The notes: generated by a model from the letters alone, not told the origin. A stretch of DNA of 64,000 nt from an uncultured Lachnospiraceae bacterium (GCA_964503455.1 CAZCZR010000001.1:25234-89233); one strand, 5' to 3'. Counted from the stretch's first letter, positions 7,998 to 18,363 are shown. A program made the numbers and translations.

Positions 7998-10900
7998 ATG
8001 AAGCTCACGCTTGTAAACGGCATAAACGGGCGAATGGAATACTGTCTTAGGGAAATGAGCGCTCATATCGGCAGCGGCGAGCGGCTTGTTCTTGTGGTGC
8101 CGGATCAGGCGTCATATTCCTCCGAGAGAACGGCTGTGGAATATTTCGGCGGCACAGGACTAAACGGCGTCGAGGTGCTTACATTCAACCGTATGGCTGA
8201 CCGCTATTTAAAGCCTCGCGGTGAAACACGCCTTACTCCTGCGGGAAAGAGTATGCTTTTATACCGCGCTATACGCAATGTATCCGCAGCCTGCCGAAAG
8301 GAAAACCGCGAAAATATCTTTTTGGCGTCTATGGGCAAAAGGGGGTTTTCAGCGGGAATAACATCGGTCATAAGCGAGTTCCGCCGCTATGGTGTAACTC
8401 CGGAGGAGCTTTATAAAACCGCGCTTGCCTTGCAGGATGAGGCGCTCTCAAAAAAAATGACCTCTCTTTACGATATTTACAGCGAATACAGCAGCCTTAT
8501 CGACGGACGTTTTTCCGACAGCGATGACGATCTTCTGCTTTTGAGCGAGGATCTGGAAGACGGCGAATTTTCGGGGGCGCGGGTATGGATAAGCGGCTTT
8601 TCGGAGTTCAGTCCGGGACATATGCGGGTCATAAGCGCCCTTATAAAAACAGCCGAATGTGTAACCGCTGTGCTTCCCATGCCTGACGGAGATATACCAA
8701 GAGACAGCATATACGCACAAACAAAAAAAACATACAATGATTTGATCGAGCTTGCCTCAAGGCTCAAATGCGGTTTTTCCGCGCTGTCGCTTCCCGCTGT
8801 TGATATGAGCAGCCGAGAAGAAAGCCTTAAATTCCTGCGTGAAAACTGGGATAGGCGCGGTTTGATCCGCTTTGCCAAGAGCCCTGCGATAGAGATAACG
8901 GCATCGACTGACCCGTACTCGGAATTTGACTCGACAGCGGAGAAGATAACAGCACTTGTCATGTTTGAGGACTACAGCTATTCCGATATAGCCGTTATAT
9001 GCGGCGATCTCGACAGCGTGCGTCATATTGCCGAAAGTGTTTTTGCCGATTACGGAATACCGTATTTTTCCGATTATAAAATATCTCTTGCCGAGCATCC
9101 GGCGGTACTGCCGATAACGGCTGTGTTTGATATTATAAAAAACAACTATAGCTTCGACAGCGTATTCAGGTATCTGCGGTCGGGGTATGTCTTTATGAAG
9201 GATGACGACGGGAATGTGACACGCATCAATGACGAGGATGTGGATCTTTTGGAGAACTACGTCTTGAAGCGCGGTATAAGGGGCGCATCGGCATGGTGCG
9301 GCGACAGGCATTGGGATATAGGGTTCGAGCGCGTGTTTGACGCAGCGGCAAAGGATTCGGAAAAAAATGTGCATCCCGACGAGAGCGATGACGGCGATGA
9401 AAATTTTTATGATGATCTGCGCCGCCGCCTTATCGCTCCCGTCGAAAAGCTCCGTCTTGCTTTAAAGGGCAGACACACAATACCCGATGCGGCCGCGCGG
9501 CTTTATGACTTCATAGGTGATATAAATCTGTATGAGGGCATACGCGCGGAGATACACCGTCTTGAGGATGAGGAGAAAATAACCGAGGCAGCGCGTCTTG
9601 CGCGGATATGGGAGCTTTTGCTGGAGGTGCTTGACCAAGCGGCTGCAACAGATGACAGCTCAGAGGTAACAGCGGAGGAATTTAGGGATTATATCGAGGC
9701 AGGATTCTCAAGCTGCGAGATAAGCATAATTCCTCCCGGAATAGATACGGTGACGCTTGCTTCTCCCGAAAGAGGACTTGTATCGGAGGTAAAGGCGGTT
9801 TTTGTTCTGGGGACAAATTTCGGCGTGATACCGCCGGCAGCGTCCGATGAGGGAATACTTTCAGACCGTGACAGAGCGGAAGCCGCGCTTTTGGGTTTAC
9901 AGCTTGCGCCTGACACGGTCATGGGTGCGCAGCAGATATATTCCACCCTGATGCGCTCTGTAATGTGCGCGAAGGAGCGGGTGTATTTTATGTACACGGC
10001 TTCTGACGGAAACGGCGGCGAGCTTGAGCCGTCCCCGCTTATAAGCGATATATTGAATATGTTTCCCAAAACGCGCACGCTTACGGACAAGACGACGTAT
10101 CTGCCGGTTTCCGCGCCTAAAGCGACTGTTCACAAGCTGCTTATAAACCATGAAAAACGCGGCGCTATATGGGAATCGGCGGCTGATTGGTACAGGGAAA
10201 ACGGCTACACCGAATATATAGCGCTTATTGATGAGGCAAGACGCTTTGGATCGGGTAGGGCGCATATTGAGGACATCGAAAGCTATCAAAAACTCTATCC
10301 GCTTCGAAAGTACAGCATTTCGGGACTGGAGCTTTTCGGAAAGTGTCCGTTTCGATATTTTCTCTCGCGCGGGATAAAGGCGAGGCCGAGAGAGGAATGG
10401 AAAATATCGGGTGCCGATTTCGGAACGCTTGCCCATACTGTGATAGAACGCTTCTGCCGCACGGTTGATGCGGATTCCGACACCGTAGAAAAGCGACGGA
10501 AAAACTGGGAAAGCCTTACCGATAAAAATGCGGACGAACTGCTTGACTCCGTTATAGCCGAAGCAGCTGAAAAGACGCTTTCGAGCATATACCGCGATGA
10601 AAAGAAAGTGAGCTATATCATAGACAAGGTAAAGCGTATCCTCGCCCGAACGGTCGGTATTGTAAGAATGAGCATCACGCAAGGACGCTATGTCCCTGCG
10701 GCATACGAGTACAAGTACGATATGGATATGGGCAACGGGATCTCTATGCAAGGCTTTATAGACAGGATAGATATGTACGAGCATGACGGCAGCGCCGATT
10801 TCAGGGTGCTTGACTATAAAACCGGCTCAAATAACAGCTGTGATCCTTTGGATATATTCAACCGTTTGAGTCTGCAGCTTGCGGTGTATGCTCTTGCGGC

Positions 10901-11552
10901 GGAATATTCCTATATGCATGACGGGGATTTTCCTTTAAAGGAGCTTGAGTCGGCGGACGCAGTCACAAGAGGCGTATTCTACAGCGTTTTAAGAAATGAC
11001 TATAAAGCCACATCAAAGACCGATGATAAAAGCCGTGCTGCCGATGCGAAGGCTTCACTGCGGCTTGAGGGTATGATATTCGCAGACAGCGACGGCGATG
11101 AAACGGATACGGGCGCGATCCTTGATATGGATCCCTCGGTGGCAAACGGCGGTGAAAGCGAATTTTTGCCGGTGAAAATCAATAAAACAGATAAGCGTCC
11201 GTCTAAAAACAATTCTTCCGTAAGTACAAGGCGGCATATTAATATGCTGAAAGAGTGGGTAAGCGCTGTTATTGAGGATGCGGACGCAGATATAAGAAAC
11301 GGCGTTATAGACGCCTGCCCTTACGAGAAAAAAGACGCGGATGCCTGCGGCGATTATTGCGATTATAAAGAGCTGTGCATTTTTAAGCGCGGTGATATGC
11401 GCGCAAGGCGGCTTGAAACCGATGCCGAAAAGGCATGGGAAATAATAAAAGACAACTACGACCGCCGAAGAATATACAAAAACCAATCCCGCGGCACAGG
11501 GCATGATATATTCGCTCAAAGCGAAGCGGAGGATAATGATGACCAAAAATGA
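7998..11552 (+). CDS. addB: Helicase-exonuclease AddAB, subunit B (Fe-S cluster nuclease subunit)
   Basis: 1184 aa. Degenerate N-terminal helicase-like region and C-terminal PD-(D/E)XK nuclease (GFIDRID...DYKTG). Cys cluster FGKCPFRYF plus CPYEKKDADACGDYCDYKELC typical of the AddB 4Fe-4S staple. Directly followed by addA. Confidence 0.93.
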   Translation: MKLTLVNGINGRMEYCLREMSAHIGSGERLVLVVPDQASYSSERTAVEYFGGTGLNGVEVLTFNRMADRYLKPRGETRLTPAGKSMLLYRAIRNVSAACRKENRENIFLASMGKRGFSAGITSVISEFRRYGVTPEELYKTALALQDEALSKKMTSLYDIYSEYSSLIDGRFSDSDDDLLLLSEDLEDGEFSGARVWISGFSEFSPGHMRVISALIKTAECVTAVLPMPDGDIPRDSIYAQTKKTYNDLIELASRLKCGFSALSLPAVDMSSREESLKFLRENWDRRGLIRFAKSPAIEITASTDPYSEFDSTAEKITALVMFEDYSYSDIAVICGDLDSVRHIAESVFADYGIPYFSDYKISLAEHPAVLPITAVFDIIKNNYSFDSVFRYLRSGYVFMKDDDGNVTRINDEDVDLLENYVLKRGIRGASAWCGDRHWDIGFERVFDAAAKDSEKNVHPDESDDGDENFYDDLRRRLIAPVEKLRLALKGRHTIPDAAARLYDFIGDINLYEGIRAEIHRLEDEEKITEAARLARIWELLLEVLDQAAATDDSSEVTAEEFRDYIEAGFSSCEISIIPPGIDTVTLASPERGLVSEVKAVFVLGTNFGVIPPAASDEGILSDRDRAEAALLGLQLAPDTVMGAQQIYSTLMRSVMCAKERVYFMYTASDGNGGELEPSPLISDILNMFPKTRTLTDKTTYLPVSAPKATVHKLLINHEKRGAIWESAADWYRENGYTEYIALIDEARRFGSGRAHIEDIESYQKLYPLRKYSISGLELFGKCPFRYFLSRGIKARPREEWKISGADFGTLAHTVIERFCRTVDADSDTVEKRRKNWESLTDKNADELLDSVIAEAAEKTLSSIYRDEKKVSYIIDKVKRILARTVGIVRMSITQGRYVPAAYEYKYDMDMGNGISMQGFIDRIDMYEHDGSADFRVLDYKTGSNNSCDPLDIFNRLSLQLAVYALAAEYSYMHDGDFPLKELESADAVTRGVFYSVLRNDYKATSKTDDKSRAADAKASLRLEGMIFADSDGDETDTGAILDMDPSVANGGESEFLPVKINKTDKRPSKNNSSVSTRRHINMLKEWVSAVIEDADADIRNGVIDACPYEKKDADACGDYCDYKELCIFKRGDMRARRLETDAEKAWEIIKDNYDRRRIYKNQSRGTGHDIFAQSEAEDNDDQK

Positions 11553-14500
11553 AATAATCTCAAAATATCTTTCCTCCGACGTGCCGTTTACGCCGGAGCA
11601 GAGAGATGCTATTGACCGAAAAGGCGATATACTTGTAAGTGCATCGGCGGGATCGGGTAAGACCGCGGTTCTTGTGGAGCGTATTCTGACGCGTATCATA
11701 CAGGGTGAGCTTAGCCTTGACGCTATGCTTGCGGTGACCTTCACAAAGGCAGCCGCCGCGCAGATGAAACGGAAGATATCCGACTCGCTGACGGCTAAAC
11801 TCAGAAAGGTGTCGGCAGCTCTCGGCGGCGATATTCCGTCAGAGGACAGGAATGTCCTGGAAGATGTAAGAAGCACACTCTCGGAGCAGATACGGCTTGT
11901 TCCTGCGGCGGATATAACAACTATCGACTCGTTCTGCTTAAAGGCAGTACGTTCAGGGTTCCACGCTTTGGGAATAGATCCGTCATTTTCGATGATAGAC
12001 CCTGTAACAGGCAAGCTGACAGCCGCAAATACGCTTGAGGAATTATTTGACACGCTGTATGAGGAAGAGGACGCGGACTTTTTAAAGCTTGAGCGGATTT
12101 TCGCCCCGAATTACTCGGAAAAAGCTCTGTCGGAGATCATACTCGACCTCTACGACTTTTCGCAGTCTTTCCCGTATCCTGAAAAGTGGCTTTATGAATG
12201 TGTCCATATGTATGAGCTGCCCATTAAAAATACGCCATGGTATAAAAGAGCTATGGGGAGGATATATTCATATGCCGCCGATGTGCGCGGCGAGCTGGAG
12301 GATATGCTTCGCTCCTTTGCAAAAAGCAGTGCGGACGCGGAGGAAATAATAGCCGTTTACCGTGATGATGAAACACTTACGGGCGCGTATAACGGCCTTT
12401 GGTGGAAGTATCTGACAGATAATTACGAGCTGTTTTCCTCAATAGCAACTTTTGAATGGGATGAGATATACGATCTTTTAAATACACGCGGCGCTTTTCC
12501 TAACTTCACCCGCGCGCAGAAGCCTTATAAACAGTTAAAAGCCGCTTCGCCGGAGCTTGCCGCAGAGCTTGACGTTATGAAAGACCGCGCTGACGCTGTT
12601 ATAAGCGCGTTTAAAGAAAATATTAAAAAGAACTGGATGTCCGCTTCTATGTCGGAGAGTGAGCGCGTTGTAAAAGACGCCGGTGAAACGGTGCGCGCCC
12701 TTGTAAACGTGACAGTGAGATTTTCCCGTGCATTTCGAGAAAAAAAGCTTGCCATGAATGTTATGGATTTTTCCGACTGTGAGCATGAATGTCTTAGACT
12801 TTTTGAAGAAAACGAGGATATACGCGTTATGTACGCGGAAAAATATACCGAAATACTGATTGATGAATATCAGGACACCAATAATCTTCAAGAGGCGATA
12901 TTCCAAAAAATAGCGCACGGTCACGGGGTAGGCAACACCTTTATGGTGGGCGATATGAAACAGAGCATATACCGTTTCAGAAATTCCGACCCGTATATCT
13001 TCCGGCAAAAAAGCGAGCTGTTTTCGCATGATACTTCGGGATGCAGTTCAAGGATACTGCTGTCCAGAAATTTCCGTTCGCGTTATCAGGTGCTGGCGTC
13101 TATCAATGATATATTCAACGGGGTTATGAATATGCGCGACGGCGATCTTGAATACACTGACGAGCAGCTTCGCTACGATGTTGCGTCGAATAACGGATAC
13201 ATCGACTCAAACGGCACTCTCTGCGGCGGATACCGCTCGGAGCTTTACGCGATACCCGCGCCGGAAAACGGCGGCGAGGACGGTGTCACGGACGCGCTTC
13301 GCGCCGAGGCGAGATTTGCGGCCGCAAAGATAAAGCAGCTTATCGCCTCCGGCTATAAAGTACAGGATAAAAACGGCCCGCGCCCTATAAGAGCGTCGGA
13401 CATAGTTATACTCGCCTCAAGCGCCAAGACGATAGCCGAGGTTTACACAGAGGAGCTTAAGGCTGCCGGCATAGGCGCGGCGGCGGAAAACGAGGATTTT
13501 TTCGAGCGCCCTGAAATCATGCTTATTCTCGCGCTGTTGAAAATAATTGAAAATCCGAGACAGGATATACCGTTTATCGCGGTGATGCTGTCGCCTGCGG
13601 GAGGCTTTTCGGAGGATGATCTTGTAAGTCTGAGGATTATGGGCGACGGGGATATATACTCGCTTATGAAGGAAAGGGCTGCCGAAAGCGATGACCTTGC
13701 CATGAGATGCGCCGCGTTTTTAAGACGGGTTGCAGTATACAGAAGAGAATCCAAGCTGCTTTCGATAGAGAGATTTTTGTGGTATCTGTATGAGGACACT
13801 AAGCTTTACGATTTTTACGGCGCGGCGGATCCCACGGGAGAAGCGCAGTCTAATCTGCGGCTGCTGTTTGATCGCGCAAAGGCGTTTGTAGGAGACGGAT
13901 TCCGCTCTCTGTTCGATTTTACGCGGTATATAGAGCGCGTACAAAATGACGGTGTAAAAATAAACGGAGCGTCCTCGCAATCAGCTTCCGACGCTGTGCG
14001 TCTTATGACCATCCATAAGAGCAAGGGACTGGAGTTCCCTGTGGTGATTCTTGCCTCTGCCGGAAAGGAATTTGCCGGACAGGAGCTTAAAGGGCAGGTG
14101 CTTTTCCATAAAGACCTCGGTATTGGCGCTGACAGCTATGATACGGAAAGCTTTTATAAACAGACCTCTTTGGCAAAAAATGCCGTGCGTGATGTGCTTA
14201 GAGCGGAAATGCTTGCCGAAGAAATGCGAAAGCTCTATGTCGCGCTCACACGGGCGCAGGAAAAACTGATAGTTTTATGCGGCGGAAAATCGCTTGAGGT
14301 ATTGACACAGACAGAGGAAGGGTATATAATAAAAGGCGGGGCGCGCGGTTTCTTTTCATGGCTGCTGCCAAGGGCGATGAATTCCTCTGAGTGGGATGTT
14401 TATGAGATAACGGACAACTCGCGGACAGAAGCGCCGTCAGATGCGGAAGAAGAAAGCGGCGGCTATGCCCTTGATGAGTTGAAAAAGTCGGTGGGGGATA

Positions 14501-15240
14501 TACTTTCCTTCGAGTATAAGTATGACAAATGCAGAAGTGTGCCGTCAAAGGTATCGGTCACTTCCTTGAAGGAAAAGCAGGCGGCTCTTGACGAGGATGC
14601 TGTATGCATAGCGTCAGACGGCGAGACAACGGAAGAACAGGGAGACAGTATTCGTTCTGCGGCTGCGGGACTTGCAAGGCTGCCGGAATTTTTAAAAAAC
14701 GAGCGCTCTGTAACAGGCGCACATCTTGGGACGGTATACCATAAAATACTTGAAAATTCCGATATTAAAACTTGCTTTTTGGCGGAAGATGCCGAAAAGG
14801 TCATTGCAGATATGCTTTCGCAATCTCTGCTGACACCTGAAGAAGCAGCTGCTGCTGACACTGAAAAAATAGCGGAGTTTTACTCATCGGAGATAGCTGA
14901 ACGCATGAGAAAATCAAAACGGCTTATGCGCGAGGTGCCTTTTGAGATAAGCATCCCCGTGAGCGCATACGACAAGACCCTTGCGGGGCAGGACAGAACA
15001 ATGCTTTTGCAGGGAATTATCGACTGCTGCTTTGAAGAGGACGGCGGCATGGTACTGCTTGACTATAAAAGCGACTACTACTCCGGCGAGGACGCCCGCA
15101 GAAAGCTTGAAAAAAAATACGCAGTGCAGCTTGACTGGTACAGCCGCGCCATTGAAAAAATACTTGACAAGAAAGTGATAGGCACATATATTTATTTTCT
15201 ATACAGGAATGAGCTTATCAGAATAGATGCGGAGGATTAA
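11536..15240 (+). CDS. addA: ATP-dependent helicase/nuclease AddAB, subunit A (UvrD/Rep superfamily 1)
   Basis: Walker A SASAGSGKTAVLV, DEYQDTN, the TIHKSKGLEFPVV motif and C-terminal nuclease (GIIDCCF...LLDYKSD). RBS GGAGGA precedes ATG 11536, and the gene overlaps the addB stop by 17 nt. Confidence 0.95.
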   Translation: MMTKNEIISKYLSSDVPFTPEQRDAIDRKGDILVSASAGSGKTAVLVERILTRIIQGELSLDAMLAVTFTKAAAAQMKRKISDSLTAKLRKVSAALGGDIPSEDRNVLEDVRSTLSEQIRLVPAADITTIDSFCLKAVRSGFHALGIDPSFSMIDPVTGKLTAANTLEELFDTLYEEEDADFLKLERIFAPNYSEKALSEIILDLYDFSQSFPYPEKWLYECVHMYELPIKNTPWYKRAMGRIYSYAADVRGELEDMLRSFAKSSADAEEIIAVYRDDETLTGAYNGLWWKYLTDNYELFSSIATFEWDEIYDLLNTRGAFPNFTRAQKPYKQLKAASPELAAELDVMKDRADAVISAFKENIKKNWMSASMSESERVVKDAGETVRALVNVTVRFSRAFREKKLAMNVMDFSDCEHECLRLFEENEDIRVMYAEKYTEILIDEYQDTNNLQEAIFQKIAHGHGVGNTFMVGDMKQSIYRFRNSDPYIFRQKSELFSHDTSGCSSRILLSRNFRSRYQVLASINDIFNGVMNMRDGDLEYTDEQLRYDVASNNGYIDSNGTLCGGYRSELYAIPAPENGGEDGVTDALRAEARFAAAKIKQLIASGYKVQDKNGPRPIRASDIVILASSAKTIAEVYTEELKAAGIGAAAENEDFFERPEIMLILALLKIIENPRQDIPFIAVMLSPAGGFSEDDLVSLRIMGDGDIYSLMKERAAESDDLAMRCAAFLRRVAVYRRESKLLSIERFLWYLYEDTKLYDFYGAADPTGEAQSNLRLLFDRAKAFVGDGFRSLFDFTRYIERVQNDGVKINGASSQSASDAVRLMTIHKSKGLEFPVVILASAGKEFAGQELKGQVLFHKDLGIGADSYDTESFYKQTSLAKNAVRDVLRAEMLAEEMRKLYVALTRAQEKLIVLCGGKSLEVLTQTEEGYIIKGGARGFFSWLLPRAMNSSEWDVYEITDNSRTEAPSDAEEESGGYALDELKKSVGDILSFEYKYDKCRSVPSKVSVTSLKEKQAALDEDAVCIASDGETTEEQGDSIRSAAAGLARLPEFLKNERSVTGAHLGTVYHKILENSDIKTCFLAEDAEKVIADMLSQSLLTPEEAAAADTEKIAEFYSSEIAERMRKSKRLMREVPFEISIPVSAYDKTLAGQDRTMLLQGIIDCCFEEDGGMVLLDYKSDYYSGEDARRKLEKKYAVQLDWYSRAIEKILDKKVIGTYIYFLYRNELIRIDAED

Positions 15241-15241
15241 G

Positions 15242-15595
15242 ATGTCGCAGAAAATATTCAGAGGAACATATCAGGACGACAGGTTTTCGGAGAAAAAAAG
15301 GCGGAAGAATATCACGGTCGGAATAATAGTAGCAGTGCTTCTGGTGATATTCCTTGCAGTGATCCTTCTGTTCATGCCGGGAGGTCAGAAGGAAGAAGAG
15401 ATAAGTGACGCTATACGCGAGAACACGCAGCTCAAGGAGCAGGTGGCGGAGCTTGAGGAGCGGGTAGAGGCTTTGACGCGTCAGGTGAAGGACTTAAACG
15501 GCGAGCTTGAAGCCATTCCCACCGCAAAGCCCGACACAGACACGCCCCCGAATGAACGTATCGCCGACAGAAACTCCGGCAATACTGCCGACTAA
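15242..15595 (+). CDS. Small single-pass membrane protein with coiled-coil ectodomain (hypothetical)
   Basis: The ATG lies 1 nt after the addA stop, with GGAGGA upstream. Basic N-terminus, TM helix (VGIIVAVLLVIFLAVILLF), then a heptad-like segment ENTQLKEQVAELEERVEALTRQVKDLNGELE. Confidence 0.6.
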   Translation: MSQKIFRGTYQDDRFSEKKRRKNITVGIIVAVLLVIFLAVILLFMPGGQKEEEISDAIRENTQLKEQVAELEERVEALTRQVKDLNGELEAIPTAKPDTDTPPNERIADRNSGNTAD

Positions 15596-16179
15596 AGTAT
15601 CACCGGCTGGATCTGGCGCTGATCGAGCGCCGCTTCTGCTGCCGGAATCAGCGCATCGAAGTCGGCGACAAGCGAATTGGGCTTTTTTACGCAGTCATCC
15701 TGCCCGAAGGGGAGCAGATATATATTTTTTCTGTTCAGAAGCGCGCCGATATTTTGCGCCGCGGTGCCGAGACCGTCATTGGTGGATACGGCTATAAGCA
15801 CAGGGCGCTGATTGCGCAGATGAGCCTTTACCGCCATGGTTACCGATGTGTCGGCGACTCCCGATGCGATTTTTGCAAGTGTGTTACCGGTACAGGGAAG
15901 TACTATAAGTATATCGAACATTGCCTTTGGACCTATAGGCTCGGCTTCTTTGACATTTTTGATAACGTCCCTTTTGCATATCGAGCGCATACGCGCTTCA
16001 AATTCGGACGCTTTTCCGAAGCGGGTATCGGTTGAAGCCGTTATCTCGCTCATTATCGGCGTTAATTCAACGCCCTCCGCAGCAACAGTTTCAAGCGCCT
16101 GCATTGCACGTGACAGTGTGCAGAAGGATCCTGTCACCGCGAATCCTGCTTTTTTATTTTTTAATTCCACAATTACCAC
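15592..16179 (-). CDS. dpaB: Dipicolinate synthase subunit B (SpoVFB, flavoprotein family)
   Basis: The AGFAVTGSFCT N-terminus is typical of SpoVFB/flavoprotein-fold proteins. It lies immediately downstream of dpaA and overlaps it. Confidence 0.9.
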   Translation of the reverse strand: MVIVELKNKKAGFAVTGSFCTLSRAMQALETVAAEGVELTPIMSEITASTDTRFGKASEFEARMRSICKRDVIKNVKEAEPIGPKAMFDILIVLPCTGNTLAKIASGVADTSVTMAVKAHLRNQRPVLIAVSTNDGLGTAAQNIGALLNRKNIYLLPFGQDDCVKKPNSLVADFDALIPAAEAALDQRQIQPVIL

Positions 16180-17026
16180 CTCCGATCATTCCGGAAATAG
16201 TGTCCTTGATTATCTCGCCCGACGTAATCGGCGCGATCCTGCCCGGCAGCGACAAAGCCCATATTACTCTTACACCGAGAGATTTTGCCGCATCAAAGTC
16301 TATGCCGCCGGGTTTTGAGGCTATGTCTATCATTACAGCGTCCTTTTTAACATCCTCCAAAAGCGGTTTTGTGAATATCTTAACCGGAACGGTATTGAAA
16401 ATAATATCATACTCATGCATTGTGTACACAATATGGGCAATATCCACGGCATTCATGCCGAGAGTCTGTATCTCGGCTTTTGCGCTGCCGCGTCTTGCGG
16501 CTACGGTTACATCAGCGCCCATCGCCGAAAGGATACGTGATAATGCTTTTGCGCATCTGCCCCAGCCGGTGACAAGACATTTTGACTTCCATACGGTAAC
16601 GGGCGTCTCATTTATGGCAAGCGCCACGGCGCCCTCCGCTGTAGGTATGGCATTTTTTATCATAAGCTCCTCATTTTCGGCATAATCAAAAGCGGCAATA
16701 CCCTTGGAGTAAAGCGCGTCGGCAAATTCTTTGGGCAGCTTTCCGCCAAATACTGTCGAATGTACATTTATCTGCGCAAGTATATCGTTAAGGGAGATAG
16801 CTGCGCTTGCAAAGGGCGCGTTTATATGTACTCCGTCATGCGATACAGGCATCGGCAGGATAATTATATCATCATCACCCGAAAGTCTGACATTAGCCTC
16901 GCTTATAAGCCTTCTCGGACATATCCCCGGATTTATCCCGTATACCCTCACACAGCCGCCGTCCGCATCAAGCAGCTCCGCAAGCTTTATCTGACGCAGA
17001 TCTCCTCCTATTATTGCTATATTCAT
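16154..17026 (-). CDS. dpaA: Dipicolinate synthase subunit A (SpoVFA)
   Basis: MNIAIIGGDLRQ N-terminus and an internal NAD-binding GWGRCAKALSRILSAMGADVTVAARR segment resemble SpoVFA. Paired with dpaB. Confidence 0.9.
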   Translation of the reverse strand: MNIAIIGGDLRQIKLAELLDADGGCVRVYGINPGICPRRLISEANVRLSGDDDIIILPMPVSHDGVHINAPFASAAISLNDILAQINVHSTVFGGKLPKEFADALYSKGIAAFDYAENEELMIKNAIPTAEGAVALAINETPVTVWKSKCLVTGWGRCAKALSRILSAMGADVTVAARRGSAKAEIQTLGMNAVDIAHIVYTMHEYDIIFNTVPVKIFTKPLLEDVKKDAVMIDIASKPGGIDFDAAKSLGVRVIWALSLPGRIAPITSGEIIKDTISGMIGGGNCGIKK

Positions 17027-17071
17027 AACTGTTCCTCCTCTGCCTTTTATTGTATTATATGCGATATGTGA

Positions 17072-17425
17072 GTGATGCGTGAGCTATGTTATATGATTTT
17101 GAGTGAGCAGTGTAATTTAGCCTGTAAGTATTGTTTTTTAGGAAATAATGATCTTGAAAAAAGATGCAACCTTGCTTTAGAGAATATGTCGAAAGAAACA
17201 GCTGATAAAGCGATAGAATTCTTTATAAAGCAAATTAAGTTATCTGGTTTGGATACGGAAGAAAACAAGTATGTTGCAAATAAAATAAATAGTCTAAGAG
17301 GCAGCGAGAAATGTATTAAAAATTTAGAAATGTCTATGGTAACTAACGGTGTGCTATTAAATAAAAATCGAGTCCTTCGGTTACAGGAATTAGGTGTTGC
17401 GATAACAATACCTTCGGAAGATTAA
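17072..17425 (+). pseudogene. Radical SAM (SPASM/anSME-like maturase) gene fragment, internally deleted and 3'-truncated
   Basis: CNLACKYCF (CX3CX2C) N-terminus and a later MVTNGVLLNKNRV..LGVAITI strand are present. The GGEPL segment and the whole C-terminal half are missing. Only 117 codons, in visibly AT-rich DNA. Confidence 0.6.
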
Positions 17426-17590
17426 AGCAAGAAATGGCAAGAAATATATTATGGAACTACTTACTACAGCTTTGATGAGCTGAAGGCAGCTATTGAAAAG
17501 TATATAAAATATTATAATAAAAAGCGAATAAAAGAGAAACCCGAGTGGATGAGTCCGGTACAATATCGGCTCTTCGCCTTGGCTGCATAA
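17426..17590 (+). mobile_element. Remnant of an IS3-family (IS150-like) transposase, C-terminal ~45 codons only
   Basis: The translation ...YYSFDELKAAIEKYIKYYNKKRIKEKPEWMSPVQYRLFALAA* matches the conserved OrfB C-terminus (F.s.eEl..aI.eYi.yYN..Ri...l...SPv.YR). It begins right after the stop of the radical SAM fragment. No catalytic DDE region is present. Confidence 0.65.
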
Positions 17591-17667
17591 AAATAGCGCA
17601 GCAGCAATAAAACTACTACGCTATAACCGTTTTGTATTGCACATATTTGTGCGGGTTTATACTTATA

Positions 17668-18363
17668 TCATAATATCCTTCCGTCAGTGGAAACCGTCAC
17701 GGTCTTACAGTCTATCGCTTTGCCGCTTTCCTGCAGCGCTTTTTTAACGGCGAGTTCAATTCCTCCGCAGCATGGCACCTCCATGCGCACCACTGTCACA
17801 GAGGCAATGTCGTTAACGCGCAGAAGCTCGGCAAGCTTGACCGAATAATCGGTGCTGTCAAGCTTGGGACAGCCTATCAGGGTTATCTTGTCTTTGATAA
17901 AACGGTCATGGAAGTCCCCGTAAGCATACGCTGTGCAGTCAGCCGCTATAAGCAGGTGCGCCCCGTCAAAATACGGCGCATTTACCGGAGCAAGCTTTAT
18001 CTGTACCGGCCACTGAGAAAGACGGCTCGCCGCCGGAGCCGCCGGCATATCGGGTTCCGCCGTGTGTGCAATGAAATGTGCTGCGCTTCCGGGGCATCCC
18101 GAGAACGCTTTCACAGGTTCGCTTTTCGCTGCCTTGTTTCTTAATGCTGCTGCTTCGTCATATGCCGCCGCCTCGCGTTTTTCAAAGCTTATGGCTCCCT
18201 CGGGACAACCCGGCAGGCAATCGCCCAGACCGTCGCAGTAATCATCGCGCAAAAGCTTCGCCTTGCCGTTTACTATGCCTATCGCGCCCTCATGGCAGGC
18301 TGTGACACATATGCCGCATCCTGTGCATTTTTCCTCATCTATTTTTATAATCTGTCTTAGCAT
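17668..18363 (-). CDS. 4Fe-4S dicluster domain protein with a Cys-rich C-terminal domain
   Basis: N-terminal CTGCGICVTACHEG and CDGLGDCLPGCPEG ferredoxin motifs. The C-terminal domain has LIGCPKLD and VPCCGG motifs. Divergent from a Crp/Fnr regulator. Confidence 0.8.
   Translation of the reverse strand: MLRQIIKIDEEKCTGCGICVTACHEGAIGIVNGKAKLLRDDYCDGLGDCLPGCPEGAISFEKREAAAYDEAAALRNKAAKSEPVKAFSGCPGSAAHFIAHTAEPDMPAAPAASRLSQWPVQIKLAPVNAPYFDGAHLLIAADCTAYAYGDFHDRFIKDKITLIGCPKLDSTDYSVKLAELLRVNDIASVTVVRMEVPCCGGIELAVKKALQESGKAIDCKTVTVSTDGRIL

Noticed and set aside
11055-12053. 332-aa minus-strand ORF; also 9897-10784 (295 aa) and 8757-9374 (205 aa)
   Set aside because: All are antisense to addB/addA. 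No recognisable motifs and a Ser/Arg/Ile-rich shadow composition.
17053-17080. Possible sigma-K type promoter for dpaA (AC-17 nt-CATATAATA on the minus strand)
   Set aside because: This would agree with spoVF being sigma-K dependent in B. subtilis. The motif has very low information content, and AC dinucleotides are abundant. It is not supportable from sequence alone.
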